Both the position numbers and the translations under genes were made by a program. The notes under the pieces are model-generated. The model ran no database searches. It was not told the origin of the DNA and saw only the letters and a list, made by a program, of their open reading frames with translations. 14,502 nt of DNA from a virus. Lineage: Duplodnaviria > Heunggongvirae > Uroviricota > Caudoviricetes. Where the stretch lies: IMG/VR virus record IMGVR_UViG_2667527959_000001, positions 1 through 14,502 of that record. One strand, written 5' to 3'. Within the stretch, counting starts at the first letter, position 1, and each line of letters starts with the position of its first letter. Positions 8,228 to 14,502 of this stretch are shown in pieces.

Positions 8228-9292
8228 ATGTCTCTTAACTGGATGCGCCATTTTGAGCTGCAACTGTTGGACCAGAACGGGCAGGGCGTTTCCCTGTCTG
8301 ACTTTAAGGTCACGTTCCAGATCGAGTGGGCAGACACACGCTGGCCGCGCGTGGCGAACGTGAAAATTTACAACCTTTCGACCGATACCACGAACAAGAT
8401 ACTTGGGCAGGAGTTTGCCAAAATTCGCATCATTGCCGGGTATGACGGTATAGCGCCGGATGTTGATGCGAGCCAGGTTGGTGTGTCCCGGGAGATTTCA
8501 CCAGACCAGATAGGGCAGGTGAACGGTCAGAACTACGGCCTGATTTTTGACGGTGATATTCGCTTCACCGTCACCGGGAAGGACAACATTACGGATTCCT
8601 GGGTGCTGATTCAGGCCATCAGTAACCACGAAGCGTTCCTCTACGCGACTACCATCACCACGCTTGCCGCTGGTTATACCGTTGCGGACCTGCACCGGGC
8701 GACTATGCAGGATTTCAACGCGTTCGGCGTGACGCAGGGCATTACCGGTGACTTTCCTGATACCGTGTTTCCTCGTGGCCGTGCGATTTATTCATCCACC
8801 CGTAACGTGATGGATAATATTGCTGCGCAGTGCAAAGCGACATGGCAACTGGTGGATGGTCAGGTCCAGATGGTGCCGGAGGATAAATATATTCACGAAG
8901 CCATTGTGTTGAATGCTGATACTGGCCTGATCGGTATGCCGCAACAGACTATGGGCGGCGGCGTAAACGTGCGGTGCCTGATAAACCCCAACATTCGCAT
9001 CAATGGTCTTATCCAGCTCGATCAGGCTTCGGTGTACCGCGCCACGCTCGGCAATAGCGAAATAGCACAGTCGCCCGGGCGTATCACCGAAACAGAAGAG
9101 AACGGCAACCGTGTGCTGACCGGCACGACGTCACAGGCTGCCAGCATTGCGACGGATGGCGTTTATATCGTCAAAGCTATCGACTATACTGGCGACACAA
9201 GAGGTCAGGCGTGGTACATGGATTTGATGTGTTTTGCGCGTGGCAGTCGTGATTTAGTTAATGCTGGTGCTATGCAAAAAACAAACTACTGA
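8228..9292 (+). CDS. Probable baseplate hub protein (gpD/gp27-like, tentative)
   Basis: 354 aa, preceded by AGGAG (8216-8220). Sits between TMP-proximal genes and the spike. The N-terminal F-x-L-x-L-x-x-x-x-G pattern is reminiscent of gpD-type tail proteins; from memory only. Confidence 0.5.
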   Translation: MSLNWMRHFELQLLDQNGQGVSLSDFKVTFQIEWADTRWPRVANVKIYNLSTDTTNKILGQEFAKIRIIAGYDGIAPDVDASQVGVSREISPDQIGQVNGQNYGLIFDGDIRFTVTGKDNITDSWVLIQAISNHEAFLYATTITTLAAGYTVADLHRATMQDFNAFGVTQGITGDFPDTVFPRGRAIYSSTRNVMDNIAAQCKATWQLVDGQVQMVPEDKYIHEAIVLNADTGLIGMPQQTMGGGVNVRCLINPNIRINGLIQLDQASVYRATLGNSEIAQSPGRITETEENGNRVLTGTTSQAASIATDGVYIVKAIDYTGDTRGQAWYMDLMCFARGSRDLVNAGAMQKTNY

Positions 9293-9302
9293 GGTACGGG
9301 AC

Positions 9303-9641
9303 GTGAAACTAGTAATTTTTACCATTGCAGCATTATTTTCTTTCCAGGCTATTGCTGATTCTCAGTGTGGTGATTTCAACATCCATTGGGCTGATGATGG
9401 TTTCGCTCGCGTAAACGGAGCTAAACCTGAATCGCAAAAAGTGACATTTCTTAAAAATGACGGTGATTATAACAACGTCAAAATTGAATGGCGCTTAGCG
9501 ACCAATCAACCAGGGCGATGGGTAGGAATGGAGTTTATTGGCCGTAATGGTAAAGCAATCCTGAATGCTCAGTGGCTGCAAGCAAATATGGATGCACCAC
9601 GTCAGTATGCAACTTATGACTGTGTAAAAATAAAAGGATAA
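9303..9641 (+). CDS. Small secreted protein of unknown function (cassette gene 1): cleavable signal peptide, ~94-aa mature Cys-containing protein
   Basis: GTG at 9303 is preceded by GAGGT (9291-9295) with 7-nt spacing. The N-terminus MKLVIFTIAALFSFQAIA / DSQC is a textbook Sec signal with an A-x-A cleavage site. The mature part has Cys near both ends. Local GC is about 40% versus about 52-55% in flanks (hand counts). The track's ATG 9261 start would overlap the hub gene and put 14 polar residues before the hydrophobic core. Confidence 0.7.
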   Translation: MKLVIFTIAALFSFQAIADSQCGDFNIHWADDGFARVNGAKPESQKVTFLKNDGDYNNVKIEWRLATNQPGRWVGMEFIGRNGKAILNAQWLQANMDAPRQYATYDCVKIKG

Positions 9642-9646
9642 AATTA

Positions 9647-9967
9647 ATGAAAGGATTTGTATCTCTTCTTTTTCTGCTATCCACCTCCGTTTGCGCTGGA
9701 ACGTTAAGTGATTTTTTTGTAAAACATCCAGATTTGGATAATAACCTTGCTATACACACCGCGATTTCTAAAGCTTCTGGCATGGAGGCTGCTGGATTTG
9801 CACGCAGAGAGGGTGGCAGCGAAAAAGAGCTGATGAGTAGTAAAGGTGATCAATTCGCAGTGCTCGGGTTTCGTCGAGTGAAAATGTATTGTAGCTATCC
9901 TGAATCAGCCCAAATGACTGGTCTAAGCGCTGAAGATTGTAAGCTTGTGCTTAGTAAGAACCTATAG
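9647..9967 (+). CDS. Small secreted protein of unknown function (cassette gene 2): signal peptide, ~89-aa mature protein
   Basis: ATG at 9647 is preceded by AAAGGA (9633-9638). N-terminus MKGFVSLLFLLSTSVCA / GTLSD: hydrophobic core with V-C-A cleavage site, non-canonical for a lipobox. Two Cys in the mature part. Low GC, about 38-40%. Followed 21 nt later by an intrinsic terminator. Confidence 0.7.
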   Translation: MKGFVSLLFLLSTSVCAGTLSDFFVKHPDLDNNLAIHTAISKASGMEAAGFARREGGSEKELMSSKGDQFAVLGFRRVKMYCSYPESAQMTGLSAEDCKLVLSKNL

Positions 9968-9988
9968 TTTCATTTCAAGTATGAATTT

Positions 9989-10014
9989 AACCCGCCACCG
10001 AGCGGGTTTTTTTA
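9989..10014 (+). terminator. Rho-independent terminator closing the cassette: stem ACCCGC / GCGGGT, 6-nt loop, then T7
   Basis: Sequence AACCCGCCACCGAGCGGGTTTTTTT read directly. GC-rich 5-6 bp stem plus a 7-T run, lying between cassette gene 2 and the spike gene start at 10025. Confidence 0.8.
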
Positions 10015-10024
10015 TGGGGTTTTT

Positions 10025-10765
10025 ATGCCAATTCCAACTCAATCACAGATCGGCGGTGAGCAGCAGACCGCGCAGGCCATTGCCGATTCGGTGTCTACCC
10101 AGATGCGCGTAGCGATGCCCGGCATCATTCAGTCGTTCGATCCTGAGACTGTTACCTGCACAGTAGAGGTGGCGCTACGCGGTATTGTTGGCGATGGATC
10201 CACCGAATTAAAACCGCTGGTGGATGTGCCGGTCATCTTCCCGCGCGGCGGCGGTTGCACGCTGACCTTTCCGGTAAAAGAAGGCGACGAGTGCCTCCTG
10301 ATTTTTGCTGACCGTTGCATCGATTTTTGGTGGCAGAGCGGCGGCGTTCAGGAGACCGTCGACCCGCGCCAGCATGACTTGTCTGATGCGTTCGCCATCG
10401 TTGGCCCGCAGTCGCAAGCACAGAAAATCAGCGGTATCAGTACCAGCGCCGCGCAGCTGCGAACCGATGATGGTGCGGCGTTCGTAGAAGTCGCCGCAGG
10501 ACATAACATCACCATTAAAACACCGGGCCAGCTTACAGCTACGGCTGAAGGTGGAACGACAATCACATCCCCGACTATCACGCTGAACGGCAACGTAACG
10601 ATTAACGGTAACCTGTCTCAGGGAATGGGAGAAAGCGGCGGTACTGCGACGATGCTTGGGCCGGTGACGGTAACGAATGACGTAACAGCTTCTGGTATCA
10701 GTGTCGCCACGCATAAACATGGCGGAGTACAGACTGGCGGGGGAACTACCGGAGGGCCGCAATAA
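10025..10765 (+). CDS. Baseplate central spike protein (gpV / Mu gp45-like)
   Basis: 246 aa. C-terminal half is Gly/Thr-rich with repeated beta-strand-like segments (ITIKTPGQLTATAEGGTTITSPTITLNGNVTINGNL) and a near-terminal H-K-H motif (10712-10720), as in the metal-binding tips of spike beta-helices. Located immediately upstream of the small baseplate protein and J-like gene. Confidence 0.7.
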   Translation: MPIPTQSQIGGEQQTAQAIADSVSTQMRVAMPGIIQSFDPETVTCTVEVALRGIVGDGSTELKPLVDVPVIFPRGGGCTLTFPVKEGDECLLIFADRCIDFWWQSGGVQETVDPRQHDLSDAFAIVGPQSQAQKISGISTSAAQLRTDDGAAFVEVAAGHNITIKTPGQLTATAEGGTTITSPTITLNGNVTINGNLSQGMGESGGTATMLGPVTVTNDVTASGISVATHKHGGVQTGGGTTGGPQ

Positions 10766-11118
10766 TGCGATACCGTCGCGAAGATACTGAAGGCGATTAC
10801 ACTTTCGGCCAGGGTGACGATACTTTCCTTATCGACAGTCCGGAATGTGTCGCCCAGGCCGTAAAAACCCGTTTCGAGCTGTGGCGCGGTCAGTGGTTTC
10901 TCGATCTGACGGAAGGCACGCCGTATGTTCAGTCAGTGCTTGGGAAGCAGCGATCAGATGTCTACATCCTGGCTATACGCGAACGCATACAGGATACACC
11001 GGGCGTTCTGTCGATTCTTTCCTTCGATACCAATTATGACGGCACCAGCCGTCGCGTCACCTTCACTTCCTCCATTGACACAATCTACGGCCAGACGACT
11101 GTAACAAGCGAGGCATAA
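10765..11118 (+). CDS. Small baseplate protein (gpW/gp25-like or DUF2634-like, tentative)
   Basis: 117 aa, start overlaps the spike stop (TAATG). Size and position between spike and J-like gene match gpW/gp25-type baseplate wedge subunits. Confidence 0.55.
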   Translation: MRYRREDTEGDYTFGQGDDTFLIDSPECVAQAVKTRFELWRGQWFLDLTEGTPYVQSVLGKQRSDVYILAIRERIQDTPGVLSILSFDTNYDGTSRRVTFTSSIDTIYGQTTVTSEA

Positions 11119-12318
11119 ATGGCTTTGAACCTCGACACGCTGGGGCTATCGGCAACGGTAACCGCCCAGGGGATTAGTGCGCCTGATTACCAGACAATCC
11201 TTGATACACTGACCAGCTATTTCAGGCAGATTTACGGTAGTGATGCCTACCTCGAACCAGACAGCAAAGATGGGCAAATGGTCGCGCTGGTGGCTCTGGC
11301 TGTGCATGATGCTAACAATACCGCTATCGAGATCTACAACTCGTTTTCACCGACGACAGCGCAGGCCGCAGCGCTTAGCAACAATGTGAAAATTAACGGG
11401 ATCACGCGAAAAGTAGCGACAAACTCTACTGCTGACCTTCTGTTAACCGGTACGGCAGGCACGACTATCACGAATGGCTCCGCACGGGATAAAAACGGCA
11501 TTATCTGGAATTTTCCAGCGAGTGTGGCGATCGGCGTTGATGGTACTGTGCTGGTGACGGCCACATGTGCGAATAGCGGTTCGGTTGCGGCGCTGGCCGG
11601 GACTATTACCACTATCAACACCCCGACCCGAGGTTGGGTGTCGGTAACCAATCCAGTTGCGGCTACTGTCGGTTCACCAGCCGAAACCGACGCAGAGCTG
11701 CGCATTCGGCAGGGGCAAAGCGTCGCGCTACCATCGATCACACCGTTTGAAGGTGTCGACGGTGCTATCGCTAATGTTGCTGGCGTGACACGTCACAAAC
11801 TATATGAGAACGACACTGGGGCAACCGACAGCAACGGGCTGCCGCCACACTCTATTTCCGCCATCGTCGATGGAGGGGATGTTACTGAGATAGCCCAGAC
11901 CATCAGGGGGAATAAAGGGCAGGGAACCGCAACTTACGGTAAAACTTCTGTCACAGTGCCGGATACTTACGGTAATCCTCACGTCATCAGTTTTTCACGC
12001 TCTACCGATGTGCCAATTTTCGTAGCCATTACCCTGAAAGTTTTTACCGGGTATACATCTCAAATCGGCGAGCAGATCAAACAGGCTGTTGCCGACTATA
12101 TTAATGGCCTGACAATTGGCGACGACGTTCTGCTGAGCCGTATTTATTCCCCGGCAAACCTCGGCGTTGTGAGCGGCGGGAATGCCCGCTATTACGATAT
12201 TACCGACCTGCTGATCGGTAAGTCGTCTGGCAGCGTATCGGCATCAAACATTGATATTGCCTATGATGCTTCAGCGTCCTGTAGCACCGCGAATATCAGT
12301 ATCACGGTGACCTCATGA
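11119..12318 (+). CDS. Baseplate J-like protein (gpJ / T4 gp6-like wedge)
   Basis: 399 aa, located between the gpW-like and gpI-like genes. Size and order are as in P2/Mu/PBSX-type baseplates. The stop overlaps the next start (ATGA at 12315-12318). Confidence 0.6.
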   Translation: MALNLDTLGLSATVTAQGISAPDYQTILDTLTSYFRQIYGSDAYLEPDSKDGQMVALVALAVHDANNTAIEIYNSFSPTTAQAAALSNNVKINGITRKVATNSTADLLLTGTAGTTITNGSARDKNGIIWNFPASVAIGVDGTVLVTATCANSGSVAALAGTITTINTPTRGWVSVTNPVAATVGSPAETDAELRIRQGQSVALPSITPFEGVDGAIANVAGVTRHKLYENDTGATDSNGLPPHSISAIVDGGDVTEIAQTIRGNKGQGTATYGKTSVTVPDTYGNPHVISFSRSTDVPIFVAITLKVFTGYTSQIGEQIKQAVADYINGLTIGDDVLLSRIYSPANLGVVSGGNARYYDITDLLIGKSSGSVSASNIDIAYDASASCSTANISITVTS

Positions 12319-12995
12319 GCAAATACACCGAACTGATCACTAACTACCACGCTACCAAGCCACTCTTTTTTGACCATATAGATCTGAGCACCCGCCCGCT
12401 GATTGATGTGTCCAGCACTATGTCAGGGCTTGTAACAGCCTTCGATATCGATACGGCGGTTGGCGTGCAACTCGATATCCTCGGCCTGTGGATTGGGCGT
12501 AGTCGTATAGTCAGCCAGCCAATTAGCGGCGTTTATTTCAGCTGGGACACTGACGGGCTCGGATATGACCAGGGCATCTGGCAAGGGCCATATGATCCTG
12601 ATTCTGGCTATACGACGCTAAGCGATGAGACGTACCGCATCATTCTGAAAGCGAAAATCGCTATCAACAACTGGGACGGTCGGAACGACTCTCTGCCTCC
12701 CATCCTTGACGCTGCTACCGCAGGCTCAGGCCTGAGGATGCAGATCGTCGACAACCAGGACATGACGATTTCGGTCTGGGTTTTCCCTGAAACTGATATT
12801 TCTGATGTGTCTCTCGAACTGATCGCCGCTATCAAACAGGGCTATCTCACCGTTAAATCAGCTGGCGTATGGGCCGGTGATGTTGAAACGCCTTCGGTAG
12901 AAACACCGTCAGAAGGCTCTAAATTCTTTGGGTTTGATATGGATAACGAATACATCGGCGGGTTCGATGTTGGAGCATGGGGGACAATACTCTAA
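12315..12995 (+). CDS. Baseplate / tail-fibre attachment protein (gpI / Mu gp48-like, tentative)
   Basis: 226 aa, coupled to the J-like gene upstream and the tail fibre gene downstream (TAATG at 12993-12997). Contains a short tandem peptide repeat VETPS-VETPS. Confidence 0.5.
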   Translation: MSKYTELITNYHATKPLFFDHIDLSTRPLIDVSSTMSGLVTAFDIDTAVGVQLDILGLWIGRSRIVSQPISGVYFSWDTDGLGYDQGIWQGPYDPDSGYTTLSDETYRIILKAKIAINNWDGRNDSLPPILDAATAGSGLRMQIVDNQDMTISVWVFPETDISDVSLELIAAIKQGYLTVKSAGVWAGDVETPSVETPSEGSKFFGFDMDNEYIGGFDVGAWGTIL

Positions 12996-13999
12996 TGGCA
13001 ATAAACAACTTTAAACCTTTCGCGCTTGATCCGAACGCTAACGTCACCTCACAAGCTGACTGGGAAGCACTTCCGGCTCTGCTTTCAGGGTTTACGGCAG
13101 GTAAAGCATCCAGCGCACAGGTCAACAAAGCTATTCGGCAAGCCAGCTTTATCGCGGCAGCGTTGGCGCAGTATACCGCAAACAAAAGTGGGCTGGATGT
13201 GCTTGATGATGGAGACCTGAACAGGTTTATATCCAAAATGGGGACCGCTTTCGGGAAAGATTTCCAGGCGCTTGATGCCACGCTGACGGCATTGGCAAGG
13301 CTCGCAACTGGTGCAAATAAACTCCCGTATTTCACTGGAACTGATACAGCTGCGCTGACTAATTTAACTTCTGTTGGTCGCGACATTATTGGGAAAAATA
13401 CTATTGCTGACATTCTCACATACCTTGGATTAACAGGCGCTTTGATTGGTGATGAATGTAACATTGCTGGATTTGACAGTAGTAACGTCAATGCCCCGTA
13501 TATGCGATTCTCCAGAACAAATACAGTAGTTCCTCTGGCAACAAAAGACTATGCGCAACCAAAAGACCAGACACTGACAGATTTAAGCGGTAAGGATAAG
13601 GCAGCACTAAGAACTTATCTTGAACTGAAAAGTGCGGCGCAAAGGGATGTTGGCTCAGGGGCAAATCAGATTCCGGATATGAATAACTTCACATCCAGCC
13701 TGACCACCCCTGGCTGGCAAAAATTACCGTCAGGTCTGATTATTCAGTGGGGGACAGCCAATCCATCATCAACTGGAGAGGTCTTTATTACGTTTCCTGT
13801 CGCGTTCTCTGCATACCCGATGTATGTGGGATTTGGTCCTCAGCAGGTATCGCTTCCTAACGTAGTTCAGTCGCCAGTAATTTCAGCGCCAACGATAACT
13901 AATTTAGGATGCGGCGTCCGAAATCTGATGATTCCAACAGCGGGCGGAGTACCAGTAGCCAGCATGAGTTCATTTTTCTGGATTGCGGTAGGGAAATAA
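12995..13999 (+). CDS. Side tail fibre protein (receptor-binding), start at ATG 12995
   Basis: Contains TLTALARLATGANKLPYFTGTDTAALTNLTSVGRDIIGKNTIADILTYLGL. This closely matches the conserved segment I recall in P2 gpH and other side tail fibres (...LAGLATAADRFPYFTG...LTKVGRDIL...YLGL). The C-terminal ~190 aa are lower in GC (about 40-45%). ATG 12995 overlaps the upstream stop; the track's ATG 12977 would overlap further. Confidence 0.8.
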   Translation: MAINNFKPFALDPNANVTSQADWEALPALLSGFTAGKASSAQVNKAIRQASFIAAALAQYTANKSGLDVLDDGDLNRFISKMGTAFGKDFQALDATLTALARLATGANKLPYFTGTDTAALTNLTSVGRDIIGKNTIADILTYLGLTGALIGDECNIAGFDSSNVNAPYMRFSRTNTVVPLATKDYAQPKDQTLTDLSGKDKAALRTYLELKSAAQRDVGSGANQIPDMNNFTSSLTTPGWQKLPSGLIIQWGTANPSSTGEVFITFPVAFSAYPMYVGFGPQQVSLPNVVQSPVISAPTITNLGCGVRNLMIPTAGGVPVASMSSFFWIAVGK

Positions 14000-14000
14000 T

Positions 14001-14432
14001 ATGTACAAATACAGTGCTAAAAAAAATGCGTTTTATCTGGCTGGTAATGAGGCCGTATACCGCGATTCCGGCACATGGCCTGATGATGCAAAAGATATTG
14101 AAACCCGACGTGCCGAGTCGTTTATGGCGACACCTCCGCAGGGTAAGCGACGTATTGCAGGTGCAGACGGAATGCCTGCGTGGGCAGATATTCCTTCACC
14201 CACGCATGAAGAACTTATTGAAATTTCTGAGTCAAAAAGACAGCTATTAATTAATCAGGCCAACGAATACATGAACAGTAAACAATGGCCCGGTAAAGCC
14301 GCTATTGGTCGTCTGAAAGGCGAGGAACTGGCGCAATATAATTCGTGGCTGGATTATCTGGACGCACTGGAGCTGGTCGATACTTCCAGTGCACCAGATA
14401 TTGAATGGCCGGAAGAACCAGACACAATGTAA
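14001..14432 (+). CDS. Tail fibre assembly protein (Tfa family chaperone)
   Basis: 143 aa immediately after the fibre gene. The C-terminal ...LELVDTSSAPDIEWPEEP is very similar to the C-terminal motif I recall for lambda/e14-type Tfa proteins (...VDTSTAPDIEWP...). Confidence 0.8.
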   Translation: MYKYSAKKNAFYLAGNEAVYRDSGTWPDDAKDIETRRAESFMATPPQGKRRIAGADGMPAWADIPSPTHEELIEISESKRQLLINQANEYMNSKQWPGKAAIGRLKGEELAQYNSWLDYLDALELVDTSSAPDIEWPEEPDTM

Positions 14433-14502
14433 GCGAAAAAGAAAAACCGCAGCCACGTCGTATGCAAGAACGCGCTGCGGTTGGCTGGTGAACTTTCGAT
14501 AG

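Larger units (their letters stand above)
1..14502 (+). mobile_element. Phage/prophage late morphogenesis module (head end, connectors, contractile tail, baseplate, tail fibre); window is internal to the element, no ends visible
   Basis: All credible ORFs are on the + strand, tightly packed, with many ATGA/TAATG stop-start overlaps. Gene order and sizes match a myovirus tail cluster, including tape measure, frameshifted chaperone, spike and Tfa. No att sites or integrase in the window. Confidence 0.8.

Noticed and set aside
9234-9262. Possible sigma70 promoter for the cassette (TTGCGC, 17-bp spacer, GTTAAT) inside the 3' end of the hub gene
   Set aside because: Both hexamers are poor matches (about 3/6 and 4/6) and this could easily be chance. 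A cassette promoter is plausible in principle but is not supported by this sequence alone.
9261-9302. ATG 9261 as the start of cassette gene 1 (track ORF 9261-9641)
   Set aside because: It would overlap the hub gene by 32 nt and put 14 polar residues ahead of the hydrophobic core. GTG 9303 has a properly spaced GAGGT Shine-Dalgarno and gives a canonical signal peptide beginning at the initiator.
14445-14482. 9-bp inverted repeat (AACCGCAGC ... GCTGCGGTT) after the Tfa stop, considered as a terminator or invertase crossover site
   Set aside because: The loop is about 20 nt and no T-run follows, so it is not a convincing intrinsic terminator. It does not resemble the gix/hix/cix sequences I remember. 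The window ends too soon to judge.
1-14502. Search for tRNA, rRNA, CRISPR repeats, integrase or transposase, or att sites
   Set aside because: No regularly spaced direct repeats, no cloverleaf-like candidates in the few intergenic gaps, and every sizeable ORF is accounted for by the structural module and the cassette. The window appears internal to the prophage.

Overview
The whole window is one co-directional (+ strand) late structural-gene module of a contractile-tailed phage or prophage in an enterobacterial-type background (roughly 50-55% GC by hand counts). Gene order: 3' end of a probable major capsid gene; a small coiled-coil protein; several head-tail connector/neck proteins; tail sheath; tail tube; tail assembly chaperone with a -1 frameshift extension; tape measure protein; three baseplate genes; a low-GC two-gene cassette with its own terminator; central spike; small baseplate protein; baseplate J-like protein; gpI-like protein; side tail fibre; Tfa-family tail fibre assembly protein. 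Many junctions overlap as ATGA or TAATG, consistent with translational coupling in one operon. The stand-out is the two-gene cassette at 9303-10014: two small signal-peptide proteins at about 40% GC, each with its own Shine-Dalgarno, closed by a strong intrinsic terminator, inserted between baseplate and spike genes, function unknown. Product names rest on gene order, size and remembered family motifs, not on database searches. I found no rRNA, tRNA, CRISPR array, integrase or transposase.
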